Origin: Alphaproteobacteria bacterium
GTDB lineage: Bacteria; Pseudomonadota; Alphaproteobacteria; SP197
DNA: 64,000 nucleotides
Assembly: GCA_964291265.2 (NCBI GenBank)
Contig: OZ219746.1
Coordinates: 128,001 to 192,000 of the forward strand
Direction: 5' to 3'
In this document: positions 48,540 to 59,565 of the stretch, piece by piece
How the letters are laid out: each line of letters starts with the position of its first letter
How positions within the stretch are numbered: the first letter of the stretch is position 1
Position numbers and translations under genes: made by a program
The notes under the pieces: model-generated
The model's input: the letters and a program-made list of their open reading frames with translations, nothing else
What the model was told of the DNA's origin: nothing
Database searches by the model: none

Positions 48540-49435
48540 GGCAGCTCAGGATCGCCTGCGTCCAGGTCAGCGCACAGCTCGACATGGAGGCCAACATCGA
48601 GGCGGCATCAGCCCTGGTGCACCAGGCAGCCGATGCCGGAGCCGATCTCGTCGGTCTGCCGGAGAATGTCGCACTCATGGCTGCGAGCGAGGAAGAACGG
48701 CTGGAGAACGCCTGGCGCCCCGTCGATCATCCGGCTCTCATCGCCTTCACCGGTCTCGCACGACAGCGGGGAATCTGGCTCCAGGCAGGATCCGTGGCAG
48801 CGCTTCGTGATGACGGCACACTGGCCAACCATGCCTTCCTCTTCGGTCCCGATGGCGAAATCACGGACTACGAGAAGATCCACATGTTCGATGTCGATCT
48901 ACCCGACGGATCGCGCTACCGGGAATCGGCGATGTTCCATCCGGGCGACACCGCGGTCCTCGCTCCCACGCCGTGGGGCCTGCTGGGCATGACGGTCTGC
49001 TACGATCTGCGCTTTCCCCATCTCTACCGCGAGCTCTCGAAGGCCGGTGCGGTCATGCTGACAGTCCCCTCGGCCTTCACGAAGGTGACGGGAGACGCCC
49101 ATTGGGAGGTGTTGCTGCGGGCCCGTGCCATCGAGTGCGGCGCCTTCGTCTTCGCTCCCTGCCAGACCGGTCACCATCCGGGCAACAGGCGCACCTGCGG
49201 TCACTCGCTGATTGTCGACCCCTGGGGTGTGGTCCTCGCCGATGCCGGCACGGACGTCGGGTTCTGCATCGCCGATGTCGATCTTGCCGAGGTGGCGCGG
49301 GTTCGAAGCACCATCCCGGCCCTTGAACATGACCGGCCCTATGCGCTCTCAGGTTTCCCGGCGGGCACACAGTCTCTGAAGAGCCGCCGGACGGGGCTTG
49401 ACGACGACGAGATCCTCGTACGCCAGCACGCGTAG
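48536..49435 (+). CDS. Carbon-nitrogen hydrolase (Nit-like)
   Basis: LPE, YEKIHMFDVD, VCYDLRFP, HWEVLLRARAIE, GHSLIVDPWG. Confidence 0.93.
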   Translation: MRQLRIACVQVSAQLDMEANIEAASALVHQAADAGADLVGLPENVALMAASEEERLENAWRPVDHPALIAFTGLARQRGIWLQAGSVAALRDDGTLANHAFLFGPDGEITDYEKIHMFDVDLPDGSRYRESAMFHPGDTAVLAPTPWGLLGMTVCYDLRFPHLYRELSKAGAVMLTVPSAFTKVTGDAHWEVLLRARAIECGAFVFAPCQTGHHPGNRRTCGHSLIVDPWGVVLADAGTDVGFCIADVDLAEVARVRSTIPALEHDRPYALSGFPAGTQSLKSRRTGLDDDEILVRQHA

Positions 49436-49885
49436 GCTTCCGGCCACGGCCTCGAGAAGTTCTCCGGGTCCGAGGAGGAATGCTGGATTGCGCGGCCGAC
49501 CGAAACGCTCGTTGCCGACGGCGAAGGTCTCGTAGATGAGAAGGCCGCCCGGGGCGACATTGGCAACGATGTCCTTCAGTCCCGGACGCCACAGGTAGTT
49601 GGTGACGACGACGCCGGCGAAGGTCCTTCCCGAAAGGGGCCACCCGTCACCACTCTCGAGATCGCATTCCAGAAGCGTGACGCGCTCATCCCCGGCGAAC
49701 CGGGCCAGCGGTCCGGTGTCACGGTCGAGCGCGGTGACCGGATGGCCGTGTTCGAGCAGGAGTTGCGTGTGGCGGCCGCTTCCGGCGGCGAGGTCGAGCA
49801 CGTTTGCCTGCGGAGGGAGAAGGGAGATGAAACGCCGAACCCAGTCACTGGCGTCGGAGGTGGCCGGGTGCGGTGGAGGTGTCAT
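49349..49885 (-). CDS. Class I SAM-dependent methyltransferase
   Basis: VLDLAAGSGRH, VVTNYLWRP, YETFA.GN.RFGRP.NP.FLL. Confidence 0.85.
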   Translation of the reverse strand: MTPPPHPATSDASDWVRRFISLLPPQANVLDLAAGSGRHTQLLLEHGHPVTALDRDTGPLARFAGDERVTLLECDLESGDGWPLSGRTFAGVVVTNYLWRPGLKDIVANVAPGGLLIYETFAVGNERFGRPRNPAFLLGPGELLEAVAGSLRVLAYEDLVVVKPRPAALQRLCARRET

Positions 49886-50056
49886 CGAGGGGCTCGGCGG
49901 CACGAACGGCGAGGCGTGGTCCGGTTGCCGTCGACGGGGACCACGGAGTGGTAGCCGAGGAATGTGATCAGGGTTCTCATGGCGTGCTCGGTGACGATAT
50001 CCCTTGTTCCGGTGAAATTTGCGCCTACATTTCATGCGACGGTTCAGGATGTTCTG

Positions 50057-50518
50057 ATGATCGTCTTCGATATCCAGTGCGGCAATGGCCATGTCTTCGA
50101 GGGCTGGTTTGCCGATTCCGCATCCTTTGACGCCCAGGTCAAGGCGAAGCATGTCGCCTGTCCCATATGCGGCGACACTGCCGTCGAGAAGGCCCTGATG
50201 ACGCCCAGCATTGCCGTGGCCCCCCGGTCCGGTGGTTCGGTGGAAGAAGAGCCTCCTGACGCCAGGACCGTGGCGCTTGCCAAACAGAAGAACGAGACCC
50301 GGAAGGTCATGGCGATGGCCCGCGCGCTGAAGGCGCACGTCGAGAAGAACTTCGAGAACGTCGGCGCGCGCTTTGCCGATGAGGCACGCAGGATTCACCA
50401 TGGTGATGCGGAAAGACGCAACATTCACGGCGTGGCGACACCGGTCGAATCCCGGGAACTGCGCGAGGAGGGGATCGAGTTCGGCGAACTGCCGGCATTG
50501 CCGAAACTCGACAGCTGA
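50057..50518 (+). CDS. DUF1178 family protein
   Basis: MIVFDIQCGNGHVFEGWF, CPICG, KALM.P, VG..FA.EAR.IH.G. Confidence 0.9.
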   Translation: MIVFDIQCGNGHVFEGWFADSASFDAQVKAKHVACPICGDTAVEKALMTPSIAVAPRSGGSVEEEPPDARTVALAKQKNETRKVMAMARALKAHVEKNFENVGARFADEARRIHHGDAERRNIHGVATPVESRELREEGIEFGELPALPKLDS

Positions 50519-50524
50519 ACCGGG

Positions 50525-51754
50525 TCACGTCCGCTGGATGACGGCACGGATTGCGGGTTCGGTCAGGACGTAGGCCATCAGGAAGACCATCAGCAGCGCA
50601 TTCATGACGAAGGGACCCGGGGTCCAGATCATGTAGAGCGGCATGGCGATCATCGGGCTCAGCACATGTCCGGCGGCGCCGGTGCCGATCAGGGTTCCCG
50701 CCGCCGTTCCCTGTTCCTTGGGCGAGACCGCGAGTGAGGCCGCCGTGGCGAATCCGGGGCGCAGCATGGCGATGCCGACACCGAAGAGCATCATGGCGGC
50801 CACCATGAGCGGGTAGGAGTCGGCAACGAGGATGACGACGAATCCCGCCAGGGCCAATGGACCGCCGGTCTTCAGAAGAAAACCCGGGCCCAGATTGAGG
50901 CGGGGCACGATGACCATCTGGAAGACGAGCGCGGCGCCGGCCGCCAGTGTCAGGCCGAAACCCACCTTGCGCGCCGCCTCTCCGGGATCGAAGAGGAGGG
51001 TGTCCATCATGTAGAAGGCGATGGTCTGCATCGACGACGCATGACAGATGCTCATGATCACGCTGCCGATGACGAAGGGCAGGATGCGGCGGTCAAGAAG
51101 CGAGATGCGCGGCATCGCCTTCCTCGACGAAGCGGACGATGATTCCGGGAGATAGAGGGCGATCACCACAAGACTGCATGCGGCAATGACGGCGACGGCC
51201 ACCAGCGGAGCCAGCAGGTGAACACCGACCAGGAGTGCTCCCAGACCCGGCCCCAGAACGACTCCGGCGGTGAAGGCCGCGTTGAGCATGGAGATGCCGC
51301 CGGTTCTCCCCGCCCGGTTGGTCCTGTCGGCGATGTAGGCCTGCGCCGCCGGGAAGGAGCCCGAGCCAAAGACGCCGTTGACGAGGCGGGCAGCAATCAT
51401 CAGGGGAAAGGCGACCATGACCGGCAACCAGCCGGCAAGGCCCGAGTGGATGGCGAGAGTGAAGAGCAGCATGGAGACGGCATAGGCGCCTACCCCCTGG
51501 GTAATGATGGGCTTGCGGCCGACGATATCGCTTCGGCGTCCCCAGAACGGGCTCATGGCCGCCCACATGCCCCCGGAAATGGCGAACACCAGTCCGACAT
51601 GCCACTCCGCGAGCTCCATGGTGCGGGCAATCGGCGGCAGGACAGAAAAAAGGAGGGACTGACCGAGCCCGACACAGACCAGGCTGGCAAGGAGGATGCC
51701 GAAGGCGGTCCTGTCCTGTCCGGGCCGACTTGTTCCCGGGGATGGTGGCGTCAA
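50525..51754 (-). CDS. MFS transporter (DHA1/TetA-like)
   Basis: WGRRSDIVGRKP, AYIADRT, about 12 hydrophobic segments. Confidence 0.9.
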   Translation of the reverse strand: MTPPSPGTSRPGQDRTAFGILLASLVCVGLGQSLLFSVLPPIARTMELAEWHVGLVFAISGGMWAAMSPFWGRRSDIVGRKPIITQGVGAYAVSMLLFTLAIHSGLAGWLPVMVAFPLMIAARLVNGVFGSGSFPAAQAYIADRTNRAGRTGGISMLNAAFTAGVVLGPGLGALLVGVHLLAPLVAVAVIAACSLVVIALYLPESSSASSRKAMPRISLLDRRILPFVIGSVIMSICHASSMQTIAFYMMDTLLFDPGEAARKVGFGLTLAAGAALVFQMVIVPRLNLGPGFLLKTGGPLALAGFVVILVADSYPLMVAAMMLFGVGIAMLRPGFATAASLAVSPKEQGTAAGTLIGTGAAGHVLSPMIAMPLYMIWTPGPFVMNALLMVFLMAYVLTEPAIRAVIQRT

Positions 51755-51770
51755 GACCTGTTCTCGGACC

Positions 51771-53183
51771 TCACAGCGGAGGACGTCGGTGCGCCCAGGG
51801 GCGGAGCTTCTCGATGGCCGCGCCGATCCTGAGGACTGTCAGATCCTCGAAACGCCGCCCGACGATCTGCAATGCCGTGGCCAGACCGTTCGCGGTCATG
51901 CCCGAGGGCACCGAGAGCGCCGGACACTGCGACACGTTGTTGAAGACGAGAGTCATGTCGTTCGAGAGCATCTTGCCGTCCGGCGTCTCGCCGAGCTGCT
52001 CGGCGTCCGAGCCGGACGCAGGAGGCGCCTCGGCCGGAGTCGTCGGACAGATCAGCGCGTCGTGATCGGCGAAGATCTCGCACAAACGTTCCCACTGTCG
52101 GGTCCTGACGAACTCCAGGCGCTTGAAGCTGATGGCATCCATCCTCCGGGCCGCCTCGAACATGGCGACGATGTTCGGGTCGAGATCGTCCCGCCTGGTG
52201 TCGAGATGCTGCTCGAAGAACGCGGCGAGATAGACGTTCCAGTAGTCGAGCCAGGCATCGGCGCACTCCCGCCGCCATCCCAGGTCCACGTCCTCCACGA
52301 CGGCGCCGGCACTCGTGAGAGCCTCCGCGCAGCGCTCCACGTTGGCCGCCACCTCGTCGTCGACGTGATAGAAACCAAGGTCAATATCCATGGCGATCCG
52401 CATGCCCTCGACATCGCCCGGCAGGGGATGGGGAATGTCCAGGGGCTCCGGGTTTGACATGATGTCGTATTCGTCGGGCCCCTGGCAGACGTCGAGAAAG
52501 AGGGCCGCATCGTCCAGGGTCCGGGCCAGGGGGCCGAAGTGGCTGATGTTGTCGAAGACCGACGCGAGGATGGTCATCGGGATCCGGCCCAGACTCGGCT
52601 TGAGGCCGACGATGCCGCAAAAGGCGGCCGGAATGCGCACCGATCCTCCCATGTCGGAACCCTCGGCCAGCGGTACGCAGCCTGACGCTACCGCTGCGCC
52701 CGAGCCGCCGGACGAACCACCGGGCGTGCGATCCGGATTCCAGGGATTGCGCGTCACGCCCCACAACGGGCTGTGGGTGAAGCCGTCATGGGCGAACTCG
52801 GGCGTGGTGGTCTTCCCCACCATGATGGCGCCGGCGCCAAGAAGATCGCTCACCACCCGGGCATCCTTCTGCGGCACGTGGTCACGATAGACCCTGCTTC
52901 CCATCGTCGTGGTCTTGCCGGCCGTGGGCGTGAAATCCTTGATGGCGATCGGCACGCCGTGAAGCGGACCGAGAGACGCGCCTTCCATGACGGCGCGTTC
53001 CGAGGCCCTGGCCTGCTCCAGGGCCTCCTCGGGGTAGACAAAGCAGAAGCAGTTGAGCCCGGGATTGATCTCCTCGATGCGCTCCAGGCTGTTGGCGACA
53101 ACCTCGACCGGCGACAACTCCCGCGCGGCGATGTGCCGGGCAAGCGTGACGGCAGGGGTGTAGCAAAGGTCGAGATTCACCAT
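51771..53183 (-). CDS. Amidase-signature family amidase
   Basis: LHGVPIAIKD, GKTTTPEF, TPGGSSGGS, GSDMGGSVRIPA. Confidence 0.95.
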   Translation of the reverse strand: MVNLDLCYTPAVTLARHIAARELSPVEVVANSLERIEEINPGLNCFCFVYPEEALEQARASERAVMEGASLGPLHGVPIAIKDFTPTAGKTTTMGSRVYRDHVPQKDARVVSDLLGAGAIMVGKTTTPEFAHDGFTHSPLWGVTRNPWNPDRTPGGSSGGSGAAVASGCVPLAEGSDMGGSVRIPAAFCGIVGLKPSLGRIPMTILASVFDNISHFGPLARTLDDAALFLDVCQGPDEYDIMSNPEPLDIPHPLPGDVEGMRIAMDIDLGFYHVDDEVAANVERCAEALTSAGAVVEDVDLGWRRECADAWLDYWNVYLAAFFEQHLDTRRDDLDPNIVAMFEAARRMDAISFKRLEFVRTRQWERLCEIFADHDALICPTTPAEAPPASGSDAEQLGETPDGKMLSNDMTLVFNNVSQCPALSVPSGMTANGLATALQIVGRRFEDLTVLRIGAAIEKLRPWAHRRPPL

Positions 53184-53354
53184 GACCCGGGACTCCGATC
53201 CTGAATGATGCGGGTGCACGACCGGTCAAGGGTCGCGATACCGCGCAAGAATGGGGGTGGTCGACGATGAGTCTACACGGACGACAGCCCCGAATGCCAT
53301 GGCATCGCCGGGACAATCGGTCTAGACACCCCGCCGACAGACGGCAGCAGATCC

Positions 53355-54497
53355 ATGGAATCGAGTACGCTAGAGCACTATCTCAGCCTCGTCGCCTCCG
53401 GCGATCTCGCGTACGACGCGCACCAGAAAAGGGCAGCACGGGTTCTCGATCGACTTGCCCGGAATCTTGCCTCACCGGGACGGGGAGGCCTCATCGATCG
53501 GGTTCTCGGACGGCGCCGCCCCTCTGCCAGAGGTCTGTGGCTCCACGGGGGCGTCGGTACCGGCAAGTCCATGCTCATGGACCTCTTCTTCGAGAACGTC
53601 CGCAGCCGGAAGAAACAGCGTCACCACTTCCATGCCTTCATGCGCGAGGTGCACGGCGCCATCCAGGAGCGGCACAGGTCCTCCGGCGATGCCAGCGACA
53701 CCATCCGCTTTGCCGCCAGGGCCATGGTGGGTGAAACCGACCTCCTGTGCCTGGACGAGTTTCACGTCACCGACATCGCCGATGCCATGATCCTCGGTCG
53801 CCTGTTCCGGCAGTTTCTCGATCTGGGCACAGTCATGGTGGCAACATCGAACGAGCATCCCCGCGAGCTCTATCCGGGAGGCATCAATCGCCAGCTCTTC
53901 TCACCGTTCATCGACACTCTCGAGAAGGAACTCGACATCATCGAAGTCGATGCTGAACGGGACTACCGACTGGCATTTCTTGCCGGCACCGGCACCTACA
54001 TGTCCTCACACGATGACAAGGCGTCGTCTCGTCTCGATGAGGCCTTTCACCATCTCGCAGGCGATGCCGACGTGGCTCCCCTCGACATCCCTCTTCAGGG
54101 AAGGGTGCTTCACGTCCCCCGTCAGGCCCGCCATGTCGCGCGCTTTTCCTTCAATGAACTCTGCGGCCGTCCGTTGGCGGCGCCCGACTACCTGGCGCTC
54201 GCCAGCGCCTTCCACACCGTCATCATCGACGGCATTCCAGTCATGAACCCCGCCATGCGCAACGAGGCCCGGCGGTTCATCATCCTGATCGACATCCTCT
54301 ACGAGCAAGGGGTGGGATTGCTGTGTTCCGCTGCCGCACCGCCCGAGGGACTCTATGCGGAAGGTGACGGTTCCCTGGAGTTCCGCAGGACCGCCTCACG
54401 GCTGATGGAGATGCAGTCGGCCGAATACCTCGAGAGCCGTCGCAGGGTCAGTCAATCGGAACGTCAAGGAACGCCACGAAGGACACCAGTCCGATGA
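53355..54497 (+). CDS. zapE: AFG1/ZapE ATPase
   Basis: GGVGTGKSMLMDLF, HFHAFM, DEFHVTDIADAMIL, RTASRLMEMQS. Confidence 0.93.
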   Translation: MESSTLEHYLSLVASGDLAYDAHQKRAARVLDRLARNLASPGRGGLIDRVLGRRRPSARGLWLHGGVGTGKSMLMDLFFENVRSRKKQRHHFHAFMREVHGAIQERHRSSGDASDTIRFAARAMVGETDLLCLDEFHVTDIADAMILGRLFRQFLDLGTVMVATSNEHPRELYPGGINRQLFSPFIDTLEKELDIIEVDAERDYRLAFLAGTGTYMSSHDDKASSRLDEAFHHLAGDADVAPLDIPLQGRVLHVPRQARHVARFSFNELCGRPLAAPDYLALASAFHTVIIDGIPVMNPAMRNEARRFIILIDILYEQGVGLLCSAAAPPEGLYAEGDGSLEFRRTASRLMEMQSAEYLESRRRVSQSERQGTPRRTPVR

Positions 54498-55464
54498 GCG
54501 TGACGATGATGGCGCCACCGACGTTGAACCCATGACGCACCAGCAGCGCTCCCCGCGATCCGGCGCCGTCACTTTCCACCAGACGCAGTGCCGTCTGGCG
54601 GGCGATGATGGCACCCACGCCCAGTGAGCAGATGGTGAGACCGATACCCAGCGACATGGCTGCGACGAGGAGAAAGCCCGGATAGATCATGTCGTTGGCG
54701 ACCGCATAGAGCATGATGAGCACGGCGCCGGGACAGGGCACGATCCCGGCCGCCACCGCCATCATTCCGCTTTCGACCCTTGATGTTTCCGTGGCATGGC
54801 CGTGGCCGTGATTTTCGTGGTGGCTGTGTCCGTGCTCTTCGCGGCGTGCGTCTTCGCGATCCATGGCATGCCCCTCCTCGGCGTGACTGTGACCGTGGCC
54901 GACCTCGGAAGGATCGATGTAGCCCAGGGCGGCCCTGAAAGCCTGGTAGAGCATGGTGAGACCGATGCCGGCGATGATGAGAAAACTCGCGGCCCTCACG
55001 CCGGGAACCTCCGCCAGTCCGATCCCGAATCCGGATTGCAGGGTGATGTCCGCAAGCCAGACGATGACGATCGCGGCGATGACATGAACGATCGCCACCT
55101 GAATCGCCATCACGATACCGCGGCCAACTCGGGCATCGCGGCCCAGGAAGTAGGAGACGATGATGAACTTGCCGTGTCCCGGACCGACGGCGTGCAACAC
55201 CCCGTAGACGAAGGCAATAGCGAGTCCGAGAAGGAAGGCGCCCGGACTCTGGCCGCTGTCGATGGCGTTCATATGCCGGGCCACCTCGATGTTGGCCCGG
55301 CGCTGGAAGGCGACGACGGCATCCGTCCACCGCGTCCACAGACCACTGTTCTCAGTCGTCATCTCGACGGCCGGGAGCGTCGTCTCGTCGGCGTCAACCG
55401 TTCCGGTGGCGGCACAGACAACGATAGCGAGAATGCCCAAGGCACATGCCAGGCGGCTTGTCAT
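54448..55464 (-). CDS. Nickel/cobalt transporter (RcnA/HoxN-like) with His-rich loop
   Basis: YGVLHAVGPGHGK, GHGHSH...HGHSHHENHGHGH, G.VPCPGA. Confidence 0.88.
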   Translation of the reverse strand: MTSRLACALGILAIVVCAATGTVDADETTLPAVEMTTENSGLWTRWTDAVVAFQRRANIEVARHMNAIDSGQSPGAFLLGLAIAFVYGVLHAVGPGHGKFIIVSYFLGRDARVGRGIVMAIQVAIVHVIAAIVIVWLADITLQSGFGIGLAEVPGVRAASFLIIAGIGLTMLYQAFRAALGYIDPSEVGHGHSHAEEGHAMDREDARREEHGHSHHENHGHGHATETSRVESGMMAVAAGIVPCPGAVLIMLYAVANDMIYPGFLLVAAMSLGIGLTICSLGVGAIIARQTALRLVESDGAGSRGALLVRHGFNVGGAIIVTLIGLVSFVAFLDVPID

Positions 55465-56030
55465 GGTGGATCTCCGCAACGCAGGGTGATGGTCGAGACG
55501 TGGCCTTCGAATGCGCCTGCTCCGGGGCCAGCCACAAAGCGGCATGCCGGATCGAGAGAGCCCTCGACCGTGAGAAAGTCGTTCCCGGCAAAGGAGAAAT
55601 CGAAGAACAGGATGTCGTCGTGGAGACTCGCGGCGAAGGGCGCCTGGAGATCGTCGAGGGAGATGGTGAGCCTCAGGCCGAAATGTTCCCGTTCAAACAC
55701 CGGTTCGACATGTCGTACATGCCAGGAGACCGGCTCACCGCCCCCCTGAATGGTAAGGTACCAGTCCTGCCCTGCAAGGGGGGCAAGGAGCGCGTTCTCT
55801 TTCGCCCGGGCTTCCTCGTTCGTGACGGTTCCGTCACCGTCGGCATCGAAGGCGTTGAAGAGGTAGCTGGAAGCGAAGGGATCGAACGTCCACTCGAGGG
55901 TCAATCCGCTGGCGGATTGCTCCGCCATCCGGAAGTGCCATGTCGTCGTGACCCAGACGTCCGGATTGGCCAGAACCGGCGAGCTGACGACAAGAACCGG
56001 GAAGATCGACATGAGGAACTTGCGAGGCAC
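55461..56030 (-). CDS. DUF1007-like periplasmic protein
   Basis: Signal peptide, P.VWV, WTFDPF.S, DADGDG; directly upstream of the Ni/Co transporter. Confidence 0.7.
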   Translation of the reverse strand: MPRKFLMSIFPVLVVSSPVLANPDVWVTTTWHFRMAEQSASGLTLEWTFDPFASSYLFNAFDADGDGTVTNEEARAKENALLAPLAGQDWYLTIQGGGEPVSWHVRHVEPVFEREHFGLRLTISLDDLQAPFAASLHDDILFFDFSFAGNDFLTVEGSLDPACRFVAGPGAGAFEGHVSTITLRCGDPP

Positions 56031-56097
56031 GGCATCGCATCCTTGATTCCCTCAGGCATCCTGAGTATGACATGTCAGTCGACATTTCAAGGATGTC

Positions 56098-56901
56098 ATG
56101 CTGCGCGACATCGCCGAGATCCTGCGTGCGCCGGCGCCCCTGCACCTCGGACCGATGGGCTACCTCAGGGAACTGGCCGGCATGGCGAGGCGCGCCGAGG
56201 AGTGCCGGAAGGAATGGCACTCCCACCTGACGCGAACTCGGCAGGTGATCGAGCATGCCGCTCTGGGCTGCGGGGGGCACGATTCGGTCCTCGTCGCCGG
56301 TTCCGGACTTCTGCTGGATGTGCCCGTGGAGATGCTCTCCCGCACGTTCCGGCGTGTGGTTCTGGCAGATATCCATCATCGGCGGGGGACCCGCCAGGCC
56401 GTGCGCCACCTTGCCAATGTCGAACTGATGACCCTCGACGTCACCGGTGTGGTCAGAGCCTGTTACAGGTTTGCCCGAACCGGGTGCCGCGGGCCCTTGC
56501 CGGAAGGTCGCCCCCCGGCGATTGGCGATGCGCCTTTCGACCTGGCTGTTTCCGCCAATCTCGTCTCCCAGCTTGCGGTCATGCCGCGCCGGTACGTTCT
56601 CGGACACAGTCCGGCCTTTCCCCCCGATCGCTTGCGCCGGTTCGCCCGGGAGCTGATCGCGGACCACGTGGACTGGCTTGCCCGGCATGGTGATCGGGTG
56701 TGCCTCGTCACCGATGTCGAACGCCACGAACACCACGCTGACGGACGCAGGTTGGTGGTGGATCTCCTGGATGATGCCCGTCTGGGCGAGCCGGAGGAGA
56801 CCTGGACATGGTTCATCGCTCCGCAGGGCAAGGTCTTCAGGGATCGTGCGGTCCGCCATCACGTGGCGGCATGGCGTGATTACCCATCAGCGTCTCGATG
56901 A
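56098..56901 (+). CDS. Hypothetical protein, methyltransferase-like fold
   Basis: W.SHL..T, VAGSG.LLDVP, LAD..H, DVTG, SANLVSQL. Confidence 0.7.
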   Translation: MLRDIAEILRAPAPLHLGPMGYLRELAGMARRAEECRKEWHSHLTRTRQVIEHAALGCGGHDSVLVAGSGLLLDVPVEMLSRTFRRVVLADIHHRRGTRQAVRHLANVELMTLDVTGVVRACYRFARTGCRGPLPEGRPPAIGDAPFDLAVSANLVSQLAVMPRRYVLGHSPAFPPDRLRRFARELIADHVDWLARHGDRVCLVTDVERHEHHADGRRLVVDLLDDARLGEPEETWTWFIAPQGKVFRDRAVRHHVAAWRDYPSASR

Positions 56902-57550
56902 TCTTCATCTGACTCCCGCGTATGGCTCGCTCGGCCTCCGCCCCCGCTCGTTCGCCGTCGCCATCGAGAAGGGCCGAGAGCAGGTCGTCGTGGCGATGGT
57001 GAAACTCGACGTCCCTGTCCTCGAGGGTGAGGCAGAAGTGGACGATACGCTCGTGATGCTCGATGAGGGACATGACGAACTCCGCCAGACGGCCATTCCT
57101 GGATGACTGGACGACGTGTTCGTGGAAGGCGTAGTTGGCTTCGCGATAGGCGGTCCTTGTCCCACCTCCCCTGGCGGGCAGGCAGGCGCGCACCTCGGCA
57201 TCAAGCCGGGTCAGCAGGGATGCATCGACATGTCCGGCCGCAAGGCGCATGGCCTCGACCTCGAGCAGCAGCCGCAGCTGGAAGACCTCGTGGACGTCCT
57301 GGATGGAGATCGGCGCCACGATGTTGCCGAGCCGCTTGCGCGTGATGACCAGTTTTTCCTGGCGCAGCCGTGCCAGGGCGCTGCGCAGAGGCGCCTTGGA
57401 GAATCCATATCTCTCCACCAGCATGGTCTCCGATATCTCGGCGCCCGGAGCGAGGCGGACGAGCAGGATCTCGTTCTTGAGGATCCGGTAGACCCGGCTG
57501 GAGAGATCCTCACGTCGATCAGTCGAATCCTGCATGTCATCCATCCGCAT
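56837..57550 (-). CDS. GntR family regulator (FCD domain)
   Basis: L.PG..ISE..L...YG.S..PLR.AL..L, LR..LE, N..FH. Confidence 0.9.
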   Translation of the reverse strand: MRMDDMQDSTDRREDLSSRVYRILKNEILLVRLAPGAEISETMLVERYGFSKAPLRSALARLRQEKLVITRKRLGNIVAPISIQDVHEVFQLRLLLEVEAMRLAAGHVDASLLTRLDAEVRACLPARGGGTRTAYREANYAFHEHVVQSSRNGRLAEFVMSLIEHHERIVHFCLTLEDRDVEFHHRHDDLLSALLDGDGERAGAEAERAIRGSQMKIIETLMGNHAMPPRDGGPHDP

Positions 57551-57604
57551 TCGCGCGTCGAACGTCAGGGTGCGTACAACGATGTGCCGCGACAGGCCTT
57601 GCGG

Positions 57605-58582
57605 TCACGCGGCGCTTCTCCGCCAGTGGTGACAGGAAACCTGATGATTCTCGGCGATTCTCTCGAGGGTGGGAACGTGCTGTCTGCACGTCTCGTCAGC
57701 CAGGGGGCAGCGCGGATGGAAATGGCATCCGGGCGGCCGGTGAACGGGGCTTGGAGGTTCCCCGTGGACAAGGCGTCCGGCGGCATCGAGACCGACTTCA
57801 TCGAGCAGCGAGGCCGCGTTGAGCGCTTTCGTGTAGGGGTGGCGCGGAGCGCTGAAGATCTGCTCGACGGGAGCTGTCTCGACAATGCGCCCCAGGTACA
57901 TGACCGCCACACGATCGCAGATGTGACGCAAGGCCCGAAGGTCATGGGAAATCATCAGCAGGGAAAGGTCGAATCGCCGGCGCATATCGTTGAGGAGATT
58001 GAGAATCTGGGCGCGAATCGACGCATCCAGCGATGATGTGGGTTCATCGCAGACGACAAACTGCGGTCGCAGGAGGAGAGTCCTGGCGATGACAATCCGC
58101 TGCAACTGCCCCCCGGAACACTGCCCGGGGTAGCGTTCGGCGAATCCCGGATCGATTCCGACTTCGCCCAGCATCGCATGGATCATCGCCAGGCGTTCTT
58201 TCCGGGTTCCGAGATCGTGCGCCGCAAGCGGGGCCATGAGGGAGTCGATCATCCTCATCCCGGGGTCGAGCGCCGCCGTTGGATTCTGGAAGATGAGCTG
58301 GATGGTCCGGCGGAATCGCCTGAGTTCTCCCGCCCTCATCGCCAGGAGGTCGCGGCCGTCCATCATGACCTCGCCGCGATCCGGCCGGATCTGGTTGACG
58401 AGCAGGCGGGCGAGCGTGGATTTGCCGCATCCCGATTCGCCGACCAGGCCCAGCACCTCCGCGCGTCCGACCGCGAGACTCACGCCGTCGACGGACCGCA
58501 CGACCAGCCTGCCTGACCCGCGAAGGGGAAAGTGCTTCACGAGGTTGCGGGCCTCGACGAGGAGACTTGCGGCGCTGCTCAC
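57605..58582 (-). CDS. Oligopeptide/dipeptide ABC ATPase (OppF/DppF-like)
   Basis: GESGCGKST, SGGQLQR, DEPTSSLD, GCHFHPRCP. Confidence 0.93.
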   Translation of the reverse strand: MSSAASLLVEARNLVKHFPLRGSGRLVVRSVDGVSLAVGRAEVLGLVGESGCGKSTLARLLVNQIRPDRGEVMMDGRDLLAMRAGELRRFRRTIQLIFQNPTAALDPGMRMIDSLMAPLAAHDLGTRKERLAMIHAMLGEVGIDPGFAERYPGQCSGGQLQRIVIARTLLLRPQFVVCDEPTSSLDASIRAQILNLLNDMRRRFDLSLLMISHDLRALRHICDRVAVMYLGRIVETAPVEQIFSAPRHPYTKALNAASLLDEVGLDAAGRLVHGEPPSPVHRPPGCHFHPRCPLADETCRQHVPTLERIAENHQVSCHHWRRSAA

Positions 58583-59565
58583 GGTTCCGCCGCCCAGCAG
58601 TGCACCAGGTGGCCTGCGGTTGTCCGTGTCGCCGCCGGCTCGTCAAGGGCACAGGCACTCCCCTTGCGGCGTGCGAGGGCATGAGGGCATCGCGGGTGAA
58701 AGCGGCATCCGGAGATCGACCGGGCGGGAGGCGGAATGGTGCCGGGGATGGACTCGAGATCACCGCTGCCCGCCTTGCGCATCAGCGAACAGTTGATCAG
58801 GGCCTTCGTGTAGGGGTGTTGCGGCGTACGCATGATCGATGCGACAGGGCCTTGCTCGACGATGCCGCCGGCGTACATCACGACAACCCGGTCAGCCATG
58901 GCGGAGACGATGGAGAGGTCGTGGGTGATGAGAAGAATGGCGAGGGCTCTTTGTTTGCTCTCCTTTTTCAGAAGTCCGAGGATCTGCGCCTGGACCGTGA
59001 CGTCGAGCGCTGTCGTGGGTTCATCGGCAATCAGGAGGTCCGGATCGCTGGAAAGGGCTGCGGCAATCATGACACGCTGCGCCATGCCGCCCGACAGTTG
59101 ATGGGCAAAGGAACGGGCGCGCCGGCCGGCTTCCGGGATACCCACCTCCCGCAGGAGTTCGACGGCGCGTTCGAAGGCTGCGCCGCGCGACGCCCGCTTG
59201 TGCAGGCGCAGAGCCTCACTGACTTGATGGCCCACCCTGCAACTCGGATCCAGCATGCTCGCGGGTTGCTGGAAGATCATGCCAACGCGGTTGCCCCTGA
59301 TACGATTGAGGACGTCAGAGGTTGCGTTGGTCACAACCTGGCCGCAGATCGAGACCGTGCCTCGCGTCACCCTGAGCGGCGGTGGCAGGAGATCGATGAG
59401 AGACAGCGCCGTCACGGTCTTTCCGGACCCTGATTCTCCGACGAGGGCGACCGTCTCGCCCCGGCGGATCTCGAGGTTGATCCCTCTTGCAACGGCAACG
59501 GCGTCACCGATCGATATGTCGAGAGTCTCGACCTCGAGGCAGGGCGCTTCACTCGGGGACGTCAC
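58579..59565 (-). CDS. Oligopeptide/dipeptide ABC ATPase (OppD/DppD-like)
   Basis: [32 protein letters not shown]; GTG start. Confidence 0.93.
   Translation of the reverse strand: MTSPSEAPCLEVETLDISIGDAVAVARGINLEIRRGETVALVGESGSGKTVTALSLIDLLPPPLRVTRGTVSICGQVVTNATSDVLNRIRGNRVGMIFQQPASMLDPSCRVGHQVSEALRLHKRASRGAAFERAVELLREVGIPEAGRRARSFAHQLSGGMAQRVMIAAALSSDPDLLIADEPTTALDVTVQAQILGLLKKESKQRALAILLITHDLSIVSAMADRVVVMYAGGIVEQGPVASIMRTPQHPYTKALINCSLMRKAGSGDLESIPGTIPPPARSISGCRFHPRCPHALARRKGSACALDEPAATRTTAGHLVHCWAAEP

Noticed and set aside
54790-54900. Repetitive gtggccgtg/gtgactgtg tract
   Set aside because: Encodes the His-rich loop of the Ni/Co transporter
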